DNA of 50,389 nt. It comes from Girardia tigrina (Eukaryota). Below the pieces are notes generated by a model, which searched no databases, had not been told where the DNA came from, and saw only the letters and a program-made list of their open reading frames with translations. A program made the position numbers and the translations under genes. Position 1 is the first letter of the stretch, and every line of letters starts with the position of its first letter. The stretch covers positions 1 to 50,389 of the forward strand of contig MQRK01252463.1 in assembly GCA_001938485.1 (NCBI GenBank), given 5' to 3'. Of the stretch, positions 1-12,525 are shown piece after piece.

Positions 1-50
1 TCCAAATGTATTAAAAATAGAATAATGTAGTTATTGAATTAACATAATAT

Positions 51-1001
51 TTAATTTGATTCAGAGTCACTGTCATTACTACTTTCACTATCGCTACTAC
101 CACTGGAACTATCTGACATATGTATATCTTTTAGAACTTGATCAACTGCAGAGTTCTTTTCTTCTTCGTTCATTTCCGATTCACTTTCACTATATTCAAG
201 ATCGTCCATTGCCACATTATAATCATTACTGTCTTGACAATTTTGAGTTTCATCTTCTGGTTTTTGATAATCGTTAAATAAGTCATATGAATTAGTGTTG
301 CCATTTTTAGGTATATTTTCCGTTTCGATTTCCTGTAATAAAATGTTAAAAGAATATTATTTTTTAATAAGTTTTTACATCAGATGAACTGTCATATAGA
401 TTGTGACTATGAGATGTTTTATTTCCTGAATTGGTATTGACTTTCTTAGGAGGACTTGAATATTCCATTTCCTAAAATGAAATTAAATTCACTGTTATTA
501 TATCTTTGAAATATATATGTTTTACGTCGCTGGAAGAATCTGATAGATTTTTACTTTCACTTGGTTTTTGTGACATTTTAGGAGATTTATTGTTAGATTT
601 ATTTGACTGATTATCTTGATATAAATTGTAAGGAATAGGATTTTCTTGGCTTCTGATGTTTTTCAAACTAACAATGTAATCTAATCTTTCTAAAATCATT
701 TCCCCTGTCTTTATTTGAAAATTTATCATTTTGATTTATTAAAAAAAATTACTTTTTTATTCACTAATAGGACACATTCTTTAGCAGCATTTTTGGCATT
801 ACCTTTAAATTGAGCATAGTAACCAGAGGTTGATGGTAATTTAACGCTTATATTATTTTCATTATCCCATACAACTTCACCAGGTGAATTCTTTTCAACG
901 GATCCAGGAATGAAATCGTATTGAAATGTAACTAGATTGCTCTTTGTATTTCTTTTTATACTGTCCCCGATTTTAACACTATGTGTTCCTTGTAAATTCA
1001 T
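51..1001 (-). CDS. EAF: ELL-associated factor (EAF1/2-like), 4 exons: 1001-753, 708-526, 471-379, 332-51
   Basis: EAF-domain motifs FQYDFIPGSV...FKGN...KECVLLVNKK|TGEMILERL join across a 44-nt GT-AG intron (709-752). Further GT-AG introns 472-525 and 333-378 keep the frame open to an acidic/Ser tail (DIHMSDSSSGSSDSES) and TAA at 53-51. Confidence 0.9.
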
Positions 1002-2100
1002 CTAAACTTAAAAATGATTTATTTACATAAACTATTCAATTATTTTAAATCATTAAACTCATTAACTATAACATATTGTGTATAAATAGCGATAAATTTA
1101 CCTCTATGGTGTGAAGCTTAATAAAAAATTTTATTTGAAATAAATCTAAATATTATTTAAACAAATATAAAGATTTAACTTATTTTTATATCTTTTTAAA
1201 AATTAAGGTGTAATTATTTTCAAAAAATTCTAATTAAAAAGTTTAAAAATTACAAATTATATCGAATTATAATTGATTTTTACTTAAATCAAGCTCCACA
1301 ATTATCGAAAATTAGTGTGATTTAGTATTATCTTGAATGCAGAACAATTAAATTTCTATTTTCCTCAATTTTAACTTGTTTTTATTTTGTCTATTAATTA
1401 TTCTCCAAAAATTAAAACAATTTTTTGTTTTTATTTTTATGTGAATTATTAAATATGGAAATTTGATTTTTATATATTTTAATATTTTTCAAGACCTTTT
1501 TTAAATTACAATAAATATCTTGTAAAAAGTGTATTAATTCATCAAGATTATATGAATCTTATTTCTATTGCAATCAAAGCTTTACATTTAATTATTTTAA
1601 TGTTCTTATCACTTCTATTTTTCGTAATTTTTAATTCTTTTAACTCAAAAGTATTTCCATGTTTTTATTAGTAATTGTTTTATTGTCTTAGTAATATTTT
1701 AACCTTGATTTTTTTTCTTTTACAGCATAATTCAGTTTTCATCTCTTAAAAAATAACTTTATTAAAAATAGGAATAAATTAAAAAAAATTGAAAAAATTA
1801 TTTCAAACTTAAAATTAAATGGCTCAATTTTGAAATAATATGACATGAATTATAAATTCCTACCAATGCTTAAAATATTGACTATTGATACCTTAATTTT
1901 GTTAAAATTATTTTCAACATTTTAAAATATTGTGGATATTTAACCATAAAACTATTTGTGCTTTGATAATAAATTTAAGAAATTTTCTATAGTTTAAATC
2001 AAGGTATTATCATTTTTAAAAATTTTAATTAATAATATTGTTATAAGGTTTGTTGATAAATGTAATTAATAATTACGCTATTACTGAAATTAAATTGGTT

Positions 2101-3040
2101 ATCTGTTTAAAATAAGCAGTTAGAAATTTCTATATTATTATAATGAATTTTGTTTAATTTATTTTGAAATAAATTTAGCAAAGATTAGTATTTTTCAATT
2201 CAAAATTAAGGGACATAACAAATGTTTAAAATGAATTTCATTTTCCTTTTTTTATAATCTTTTCTCAAATAAAAAAGATAAAAATTCTAAATAACCGTAA
2301 TTTGAATATAATTATTTAAAAGAAAAAAGTTTAAATCAAATAATATTATTTACTAAGTAATGTAAAAAACAATGGCGTTCAGGTTTTAAATAATCATTTC
2401 ATCCTGTTTTTCTTTACTAAGACATGAAAATTTCATATAATTAAATTTATTAACGTTTCTCATTAATTAAAATATTGCTGTTTCGAAATTCCGAAAGCAT
2501 TTATTATACCATAATTAATTTGGATTTATTGGTAGAACAATTTCAGGGATTGGAATTATTAGTTGCAATTTTCCTTTATCTGTTTAAAATAAGCAGTTAG
2601 AAATTTTTATATTATTATAATGTATTTTGAAATAAATTTAATAAAGATTAGTATTTTTCAATTCAAAATTAAGGGACATAACAAATGTCTAAAATTAATT
2701 TCATTTTCCCTTTTTTATAACCTTTTCTCAAAATGAAAAAAGATAAAAATTCTAAATAACCGTAATTTGAATATAATTATTTAAAAGAAAAAAGTTTAAA
2801 TCAAATAATATTATTTACTAAGCAATGTAAAAAACAATGGCATTCCTGTTTTAATAATCATTTCATCCTGTTTTTCTTTACTAAGACATCAAAATTTAAT
2901 ATAATTTAATTTATTCCTAACGTTTCTCATTAATTAAACAATTGCTGTTTCGAAATTCCGAAAGCATTTATTATACCATAATTAATTTTGATTTATTGGT
3001 AGAACGATTTCAGGGATTGGAATTATTAGTTGCAATTTAG
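2101..3040. repeat. Tandem duplication, two diverged ~477-bp units, followed by short attattagttgca reiterations to ~3100
   Basis: atctgtttaaaataagcagttagaaattt starts at 2101 and 2578. Copies are colinear with substitutions and indels and no gap between them. Confidence 0.9.
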
Positions 3041-4204
3041 GGATTAGTTGTTGCAATTATTAGTTTATTAGTAGCAATTATTATTATTAGTTGCAATTTT
3101 TTATTTGACGTGATTTGAATTTTTGACTTTACTGATTTTGAGTAATGGAAAGAATTTTGTGAGATTATAATATTTAAATATTTTTTTGAGTGAAGAAATA
3201 ATAGACATTTTTAACGATTTGTTAATTAAATTAATTTCTTATCGTAAGTTTTCTGACAGTTTCGAAGTGTTTCTATATTTTTGAACTTGACGGTTGAATA
3301 GTATTTCAGGTTGCACAAATAAAAGTCGGTTTAAAAATTCAATTTATTTTTATTGACAATTTTGAAAAAAATGTTTCAAACGAGTGAATTTAAATTTCTG
3401 ACGAATTGAAAATTATTTTGTTTTGAAATTTAAAATCAAGGCTTTTGAAGAACGATTTTAGCAAAACAAATTTGCGAGTTGAAAAATATTTGTCATTGAT
3501 TTGAGATTATTACGGTTGTTCGGAATTCAATTTTTAAAAAAATTATAATATTTTTACATGGGTTCTTTATCTCTCTTTCTTATCTCGAAACATCATCAAT
3601 AACAGTTCTCAACAATCGAATAACAATCTAAATATTTTTATTATGTATTTGTAATCGCTTGATATTTAATTTCTTTTAATGCTTTTTACAAGTATATTTT
3701 TTGCAAATATTGCAACTGTTTGTTTGTTCTCGCAAATATGGCAACTTCCTCGCATACGGCCTTGTTTTATTGTAGAATCTGCGTAAGATGATGTATTAAA
3801 GCAAGAAGAAAATAATACTGCATAAGTGTAAAATGAATTTTATTTATAATAGCTCTGCTTTCAATTGGCAGTGGAAGGGTAATTCTTTCTGACATATGTT
3901 TTCAATTAAACTTTCTCCCACATTTTCAATAAAAAACCGTCTTCTATCATTCTTTTTTATTCCAATTAGGAACATCAGTAAAAAGTACAAACGAATTGAT
4001 CATAGATAAATCAATTATATTATTAAATACAATTATAGGTCACGTCTTTGTTTTTTTCTTTGTCGAATAATTTCTTTGTAATCTAAAGTATTTTTTGTTC
4101 TTTTGTGGACCATCACTTATTTCTTTCAAATTGTGCAGCGTACTTTGAAGAATAACAAATTTGTTTTTCTTTGTTATATAAGATACTAATGTTATTTGTA
4201 AGTG

Positions 4205-6480
4205 CAACCTCAACTCAAAAGTATCCGGACACTTGATATTTTAAGCAATCTAAAATTTTCAAATGTCTATAACATGAAAAGTATAATTCAGAAGCAGTTG
4301 TTATTTTATCTGGAATTAAGTAATTATGTTAGCAGTTCATTCCAATAAAGATTTGTGTCTAAGATATTTATTAGACACAGATTACACAGTTAAAAAAATT
4401 ATCACCGACCACAAAAGTATCCGGACAGTCAAAATTCAACAAAAAAGTATTCGGACACTTTAATCTAATGAATTAAACAGTACATAATCTTTATAATTTG
4501 TGCTCTAATGTCACATACAGTTGTATACACATCCTTAAATTATACACACAAACAATATTTCCCACTAATTATGTGTTAGACTCACTCTAAGTATAGATTT
4601 CTTAGAAATAAGACTGTGACGTGATATATGAATCCACCTTTTCTGTGTCATATGGTAGTCATCGCAATGTAGTTATTCAAACAACAAAGGAAGCATTTCA
4701 TCCTCATTGTCTCAAACGCTCAGTAAAATTTCCTCAAACTGTCATTTTGACTATCTACATTTTATCGATGGAATGGTGACTGCAACTAAATAATAATCAA
4801 TTCTGGAGCAATCTCTACTTCCATCTCTTGCACATTTACATCCAGATGGTGAATTTATTTTCTTAGAAGATGTTGCCTCATCACATATCGCAAAGTCAAC
4901 TCAGAAATGACTAGAAGACCATTGTTGTGTACCACAACATTTTACAACAAAAACATTAAAAAATACTTATATTATTGTAAAAAATACTTATTTTATCATG
5001 TAAAAAAATTTTTCTTTCAATGAAAAAAATTATTTTTTATGTTAAAAAATTATTTTATAATGTATATAAAAAACAATACAAAGGCGATATTGTTTTATTG
5101 AATTAATTTAAATAAAATTTAAAAAATGCCGTGTTGGTTTGTTTTTTGAAAATCGAATTTTTTTCCTTTTGTTTCACGTTAAACNNNNNNNNNNNNNNNN
5201 NNNNNNNNNNNNNNNNNNNNNNNNNNNNNNNNNNNNNNNNNNNNNNNNNNNNNNNNNNNNNNNNNNNNNNNNNNNNNNNNNNNNNNNNNNNNNNNNNNNN
5301 NNNNNNNNNNNNNNNNNNNNNNNNNNNNNNNNNNNNNNNNNNNNNNNNNNNNNNNNNNNNNNNNNNNNNNNNNNNNNNCAGTTCCATCGATATTTTTCAA
5401 AATTCCGAATTTACCGTCGCCACTCCTCATTGATCGCTTCTTCACAAAATAATCGGTTTCCACGACGATCAGAAACAACAAGTGTCAAATAATCGACAGT
5501 CGGAAACAATAATTGTCCGACGAAGAAACCGTATCGAAATCGCGCAAAGTGTGTTCGAATCCGCACGAAGAAACCTGATCGACAAGCGCGTGCGCGTCTT
5601 CGCCATAATTCTTCGATTTCTTCATCATCTGTCTCTTGCTCGAATAAAGCGATCGTGAATTCTAATTGCGTAAAAAAATCGCAATTGTCGCCACCGCAAA
5701 TCTGTGTGAAGTTGTTAAAGATGATCGATAAAGAATCGATATTGCGCGACGAACAGTTTCTATTGAATTCGTATATGTCCGAAGACACCGAGCGATCATC
5801 ATTGCCGTCAATCGAGCCGAAGATAATCGTCACCGCAGAATTTTGGTCCGCACTGGTCGGAAGTGCCGCGCACGCCGCACGAGCGGAACGGTCGACTCGG
5901 CGACCAGTTAAACCGACTTTTATATCGGTTATTATTACCACTGGAACGGCTCAGGTCGAGTCGCTATATCTATTTATACTAACATATAATAACCATCATA
6001 TTGAAACAATTACTTGGTCAAGCAATAGTCCTGACATGTCGCAAATCGAAAATCTCTGGGGAATGATGAAGAAACAAGTGATTTAAAGAAGACCTCAAAG
6101 CAAAGAAGAATTAAAAGCTATTATTATGTAACAAATATGGAATGAAATCATTCCTCAACAGTGGGAAAAAATCATTTCTACCTTTCCTGATCGTTTAAAA
6201 TGTTTGTTGAATGCAAAAGGTGATGTTACGAAGTATTAAATTCTAATGTCCGAATACTTTTGTGTTGAATTCTGACTATCCGGATACTTTTGTGGCGGNT
6301 GAATTTTTAAATTGTGATATCTGTATCGAATTAATATTTTAGACACAAATCTTTTTTGGAATGTACTACTAACATAATTCTTGAAACAGAGAAAATAGAA
6401 ACTGCTTCTGAATGTTAAACATTTGAAAATTTCACTTTGCTTAACATATCAAGTGTCCGGATACTTTTGTGTTGGGGTTG
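4205..6480 (+). mobile_element. Tc1-family (DD34E) transposon with long IR/DR-type TIRs, inactive
   Basis: ~255-bp imperfect TIRs, each with three copies of aaaagtat(c/t)cggaca. TA on the right, TG on the left. Transposase remnants FIFLEDVASSH (~4855-4890) and WSSNSPDMSQIENLWG (~6015-6065) give D34E spacing once the internal LTR is removed. Confidence 0.88.
4923..5991. mobile_element. Solo-LTR-like insertion (~1.07 kb including gap)
   Basis: 5-bp direct repeat ACCAT at 4918-4922 and 5992-5996. Starts TGTTG, ends TAATA (CA end not intact). Removal restores the transposase frame LEDH|HIETITW. Confidence 0.75.
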
Positions 6481-6904
6481 TACAAATGTTGAACTATGTA
6501 CTTTTTCCAAAGGTTTGGTGGAATAGATGTTTTATTATTTCTCATAGGAGTAAAGTCAACGTCCACGTGCAGGGTCATCTGGACTGCTTTCTCCAACATT
6601 AGTGGTCCACATAGCTGATTTTTTTGCTTGCGTTTATTTGAACTACTGGATAACAGCATGTTCCACCGCCTTAAGATAGTTAACTCGTTGACGTTTCTGT
6701 TAATCAAAGGTTGTGCTCGATTGCTGTTCGCCTTTGCCCTGATGTAATCCACGGCTGATTGTACAATGCTGAACTATCAGGAAATCTGCTCTTAAGCAGG
6801 TCTAAAATTTCAAAATTTTCTGCACTTTCTCATCCATTTTTATTCAAGAGATTTAACTAGCTTTAAGAAGTTTTTTAATACTATCCAATCAAAATGAACT
6901 AGAT

Positions 6905-7243
6905 CAGGGATGGCAAACCTTTTTTTAATGTCTGGTCCATAAAGTCATAAAAACTCTTTTTGTTTTTGTGCTAATAAAATATTATTCGAAATGTGCTGGA
7001 TACCAAAAAAAATATCTAATGCGAACTTTATGTACTTCGAAAGAATTCATGCGATATTTTAATAATTAAATGGTTCTAGTTAACATACAGTATTCAGTAC
7101 TTCAAATTTATATCATAAATTTAGTGAAGATTAATCATTTTTAATTCATTCCTATAAAAACAGATAGCTTATAAATTATTTTGTTTTTGTGCGTGCCATC
7201 AAAATTTTCAAACGTGCTACTTGTTGCACGCGTGCCATACCGG
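6905..7243. mobile_element. Non-autonomous hAT (Charlie-like) MITE, right end partly deleted
   Basis: Left terminus CAGGGATGGCAAAC, subterminal gcacgcgtgccat, 8-bp TSD AACTAGAT at 6897-6904 and 7244-7251. Confidence 0.75.
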
Positions 7244-7577
7244 AACTAGATTATGAACCCATATTGCTATGTCCATTATCCAGACCAAAATATGTTAAAT
7301 AATCCTGACTGTCACACAATAGCGAGTCATATAAACTGAAGTGATGCCATTTACAAAATATAGATCCAATTATTTTGGAATATAAACAATCATATTGACT
7401 AAACTCTCACAGTAACCAGAATAGACTGTATATGGATTTGATAATCTACAGGGTGACGCAAAATAAACTCCAAGGTACTTTTCTATTGGATCTTTTTATC
7501 TACCTACTTTTTTATAGGTAAAGTATACATTTTTAGAATCCTGAGCGTCGCCAAATTCTGATGGTATATAAAAAAAT

Positions 7578-8566
7578 GGTAACCAGACAATTCGACACAA
7601 ATTTTTTAATTCGACACATTTTTTTAATACCACATATTTTTCATTCAATTCGACACAGATTTTTAATGGGACAAATAACTAAAATGAAATATTTTCATTA
7701 TTACTACACATTTTTTGAAACTCGACATTTTCAATAACTATATTTTTAGTTAGACTAATGAGTTATATCAATGAAAAAATATCAATTTAATATGAAAAAA
7801 ATCAATTTTTATGAAACAAATTTTTTAATTCGACACATTTATTAATTCAACACAGTAAAAGTTAATTTTTAACATTTTATTTATTGCAAAATAGCTAGCC
7901 AACGCAAGTATATTTCAGTTTTTCATCATTCGATGCATTCAAATTGTATTCTTGCACAGTCATTACAATAGCCTCACTCAATGATACATATTTTTTCTTT
8001 ACAANNNNNNNNNNNNNNNNNNNNNNNNNNNNNNNNNNNNNNNNNNNNNNNNNNNNNNNNNNNNNNNNNNNNNNNNNNNNNNNNNNNNNNNNNNNNNNNN
8101 NNNNNNNNNNNNNNNNNNNNNNNNNNNNNNNNNNNNNNNNNNNNNNNNNNNNNNNNNNNNNNNNNNNNNNNNNNNNNNNNNNNNNNNNNNNNNNNNNNNN
8201 NNNNNNNNNNNNNNNNNNNNNNNNNNNNNNNNNNNNNNNNNNNNNNNNNNNNNNNNNNNNNNNNNNNNNNNNNNNNNNNNNNNATTTTTTCATATTAAAT
8301 ACAGAAAAACTCATTAGTCTAACCAAAAATATAGTTATTGAAAATGTCGAGTTTCAAAAAATGTGTAGTAATAATGAAAATATTTCATTTTAGTTATTTG
8401 TCTCATTAAAAAAATGTGTCGAATTAAAAATCTGTGTCGAATTGAATGAAAAATATGTGGTATTAAAAAATGTGTCGAATTGTCTTGTGTCGAATTGTCT
8501 TGTGTCGAATTGTCTGTGTCGAATTGTCGTGTGTCGAATTGTCTTGTGTCGAATTGTCATGGAACC
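7578..8566 (-). mobile_element. Mutator/MULE-like foldback element nested in the rosa TIR
   Basis: GG...CC termini and ~200-bp inverted arms with aattcgacac subrepeats (tandem run at 8470-8560). 8-9-bp A-rich TSD (aaaaaaat). Internal KKYVSLSEAIVMTVQEY...LKY resembles a MULE transposase C-terminus. Confidence 0.75.
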
Positions 8567-8663
8567 AAAAAAAATCGAAAAAAAACATCAAAAATTAAAA
8601 AAAAAATTTTGAGACGAAAAATTTAACAAGCTTTTTATTTCATAAAAGCATAACAACAATTAA

Positions 8664-9808
8664 TTATTTAATTTCAATTTGTCCTCCATCTCTAAGAAAA
8701 CATTCATGCAAACGTCGTTTGTAGTCGGCCACAACGCGTTCACGAAGTGCGCGGTCTCCACGGATTTCATTGGCAACTCCTTCAATCGCTGCTCTCAACT
8801 CTTCGAGTGTGCTTGGACGTTGTTCGCGATGATAAATTCGACCTTTCATGTAGCCTGGCAACCAATAGTCACTTCTGTAAGATCTGGCGAGCGAGGTGGC
8901 CATGTAATTAGAGCAGGATGCGCCCGTGTTCTGTGACCTATCCATCGATTTGGAAACTGTTAACCCAACAATTCTAGAAAATCTCCAAGAATGTGTGGCA
9001 GAGCGCCGTAATGCTGCTCAATGAGAAAATTGAAATTCGGCCAAGTTTGAAGCTCTGGAAAAACGTGCTCTTGATACAATTCAGTCATCCAACGACCATT
9101 GATTCCGCGCTCATTTCCTTGTCGCTCCCAAAAGTATGGGCCAACAACACCTTCGACACCAATTCCCATCCAAACTGTCAATTTTTGAGGATGAAGTCGA
9201 CGAACATCAAACCAATGAGGATTTTCATCGGCCCACGTGATCCAGTCTTGACGATTCACGCTTCCGTCCAAATGAAAGTGGGCTTCATCCGCAAAAAGAA
9301 GATTGTTGAGTCTGTTTGCATCTTCATCCAATCGATCCAATTCGGTTCGAGCAAACTCAATTCGAGCGGCATAGTCGGTCTCCCCCAAGACATGAGCCAT
9401 TTGCAAATGATAGGGACGCATCGGTAAGTCTTCTTTCAAAATTCGCTGCAAGCTTCTTTGTGACATATGAACTGTTCCGTGATCGTCTTCTTCGCTGTCA
9501 GTGTCGCCAGTTGAAACAAATGGATTGCGTCGAGTTGATAGATGAGGATTTGCAGTAAAGGCTTCACGGACGTCCTTAATGGCTTCTTTGGTGCGAACAC
9601 GTTTTGGCTTGTTCTTTCCGCGCTTTCCATGGACACTTCCAGTCGCTTGAAAATCGTCAATCCATTTTACAATGACTCTATTTTCCGGAATCTTTGCTCG
9701 ACCATTTCTTGTTTCACTTCGAAATCGAGTTTTGAGCTGCGCATAATCATAGGCTTCCTCAACAAGTATCAAAACCAGATGAGCTTTTTGCTGATCCGTA
9801 TACGTCAT
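8664..9808 (-). pseudogene. rosa-like transposase with an in-frame stop (8960-8962), a mutated second catalytic D and a frameshift near 8870
   Basis: Motifs LLFADEAHFHLDGSVNRQ, LHPQKLTVWMGI, QHYGALPH (for QQDGAPPH), FPNRWIG, WPPRSPDLT, DYWLPGYMKGRIY. Confidence 0.9.
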
Positions 9809-10858
9809 TTGAATCAAATTTTAGGGTAAAACTTTCTAAGTTCATTTAAAAAAACGCTTGTTAAATTTTTCATCTCAAAATCTTTTTAATTTTTGATGTT
9901 TTTTTGATTTTTTTATATACCATCAGAATTTGGCGACGCTCAGGATTCTAAAAATGTATACTTTACCTATAAAAAAGTAGGTAGATAAAAAGATCCAATA
10001 GAAAAGTACCTTGGAGTTTATTTATCGTCACCCTGTATATAAAATATTTCCTCCTATATATTAAAAAAATTTAAAAAGCATAAATCTGTCTTAATATTTT
10101 TTATTTGTGATATTAATACATTTTTCTTAAAAATAGAAATTCGATTTGATATTATTAGAAATTATAATTTAAATGATATATTCTTCGTTATACATCATGA
10201 GAATAAAAAACGAATGACGTATAGACAATGGACACTTACGGCATTAAAAATTATGTGGTGTCATAAAATAAAAAAGGAATTTATTTTAGTAATTTATTGG
10301 ATTTTTCATTTTTATAAAATAAATATAATAACAATATCATTTCATAATCTTTTAGTGCACTTAAATTTTTTAGTATTTTTGAACAAAGAATGAAATAAGC
10401 ATTTCATTTTTATTTGCAGGAACATTGATATAAGTTTGGTCTTCATAAGTGCGTATCCATGTGTATGATGGACATGTTTATTGATACTTGTTTCATCTAA
10501 AAAAAATAATTTTAAAGGCATAATTTCGCTACGTATAAATTACACGTTACTTTGAACCGAATTTACACACACACACATATATATATATATATAGAAAAAA
10601 ATAATATTTTATATGTAACCAATTTTAATGCGATATCGAATAATAATTTATGAATTTTAAATTAAATGTGATTTATACACAATGGGTAATATCTTAAGGG
10701 TAATATCACTTAGTTCTTCAAGAAAAAGATTAATCAATTAAATTAGAATGTATTATATAAAGAAAATATTCTTACAAAACTTTTATATATAAAATTTATT
10801 TAATTAAAAAATATAAGATTTAATTTCATGATCCATTTAATTTCGATCATTGCTATGA

Positions 10859-11571
10859 TTAAAAATCATCGTCGAATCCAAAATCATCTTCTTCTTCATA
10901 ATTCGTCACATCATTTGCTCTAACGGTAGCTAATTTTACTCCTTTGGTAGCTTTCTTTTTCTTTGCTCCACTCTAAACGAAGATGTTTATTTATTAATAC
11001 ATATTAGAAATATATTAATTATAAATTTATGATATTACTTTTTCAACTTTTGACTTTTCATTTGCGAGGGCACTGAACATAACTGAGAATTTTTTCAATG
11101 TTTCAGCGTCAGAAGAAACAACCAAATCTCGAATTATATTTTCAATGAAAACTGTGTAATTAGGATCAGCCTGTCATAAATTATTATATTCAGTCAAATT
11201 AAAAACATTTTTTTCAATCTAACTTGTAATGGTAGAATTTTCTTTTTTAGAAGTTCTTTTAATTTTTCGAAGTCATCCTTAGTTTTTACTTGAAAATCGT
11301 CAATTCCTGTTACTTGAACTTTCATTTGAAAACTGTCTTTAAGTAATTCATATTCGGATTCTTTTAAGAAATTTTCTCTTTCTTTTTCAGTTATAACTTT
11401 AGTTTCCTCTAATTTTTCTTTCATTTCTTTTTCTTTTAATTCCTTTTTCAATAATTTAGATTTTGGAACTTCAGATTTTTTCACAGGCTTGGGTGGAACC
11501 TTTACTTGCTCTTCTTCAGCATCCCATTCATCGAGAACTTCGTCTTCGTCTTCACCGGCAAATCTATTCAT
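10859..11571 (-). CDS. eIF3j: Translation initiation factor 3 subunit J, 3 exons: 11571-11224, 11170-11039, 10972-10859
   Basis: Acidic N-terminus VLDEWDAEEE, ESEYELLKDSF, IDDFQVKTKDDFEKL, FIENIIRDL, LANEKSKVEK, C-terminal DDDF. GT-AG introns 11171-11223 and 10973-11038 keep the frame. Confidence 0.92.
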
Positions 11572-12525
11572 TGATATGTTTTATATTTTTAAAATTAATA
11601 AATATTAAAACAAATATAAAAGAATTATTTCATTTTAAATTTAAAATCAAATTTAATGAAAATAATTAATTAAAATTTCTTTTAACTATATTAACATTTT
11701 TTATATTTAGAAAAAATTCAGAATTTTGAAAAGAATCAAATTATTTTTAATGTTTAGAATTTATGTTATCAAAATGAATATTTTAAAATTTAGTTATTTT
11801 GATGTGAAATAATTTTTAGATAATTTTTTGCCTGTTCTATGCCAGAGCAATTTTTATATTTTAAAATTGGTTTTAAGTAACAAAAGCCATTCTTTAATAT
11901 CAAATAACGATTTTGGCTTTTATAATAAAAGTCTTATTATTTAAATTGATTTTAATATTATTTTGGCACATGATTAAATTAATATAGATTAAATTATTGA
12001 TTTAAAAAAGGATTTACAATTAAAATTGGATTAAATGTTACTTTGAGTTTCAAAGTGTAATTGTGATTTAAAAAATAAAACAATATTGTGCTTTTAATTA
12101 ATTCTGATTTTGATGTAACAAACATATATATTATGTTAACAGTAGGATATTTTATTTCATTTTACAAATGAATTTTTTTCCATTCTTATTTTCTTCTATA
12201 AATTCAATTTTTTGTAAAAAAATAATTTTTCTGATTTGTTTGGTCTTGGGTTAAATTTCTTTTATTTACCCAACTCCTAATATTTAGATTCAAAAAAAGA
12301 AAATCGCTGCTTTGATTTTCAATTTTATTTCTCCAATTAGATTAGGTAACTATATAAAAGAAATCACACCTAAGTTAAATAAATTGAAACAGGTAAAAAG
12401 TCAAAAATTGTCAAAAATTATTTATGTATGCTTGGAAATAAATTTTAAAAAGCATTAATGATTGCTCATTCATAATCTAAAGATACAACATTAAGATAAA
12501 AATTTGGCCCAAAACTTACAATTAA

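Larger units (their letters stand above)
3680..6560 (-). mobile_element. Degraded piggyBac transposase remnant (pieces ~6481-6560 and ~3680-4204), split by the Tc1 element
   Basis: Minus-strand fragments in piggyBac order: MRNNKTSIPP, TLVSYITKKNKFVILQSTLH, KTKT*PIIVFNNIIDLSMINSFVLF, RRFFIENVGESL, and a Cys-rich tail RGSCHIC...CNICKKYTCKKH. Confidence 0.75.
7449..10035 (-). mobile_element. rosa/DD41D-like Tc1/mariner transposon with long (~190-bp) TIRs
   Basis: TA-flanked, near-identical TIRs starting CAGGGTGACG. The left TIR is split by an insertion (7449-7577 plus ~8576-8635); the right is ~9850-10035. Confidence 0.92.

Noticed and set aside
5411-6086. 176-aa and 143-aa ORFs as genes
   Set aside because: They lie in a GC-rich LTR-like insert; only the last ~30 aa of the plus ORF are Tc1 transposase.
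5103-8393. ORFs containing long X runs (also near 29.6, 43.9 and 48.1 kb)
   Set aside because: Artifacts of translating through N gaps.
8470-8560. CRISPR-like short repeat array (also 13475-13610 and 31080-31180)
   Set aside because: Tandem units without unique spacers, no cas genes, eukaryotic context.
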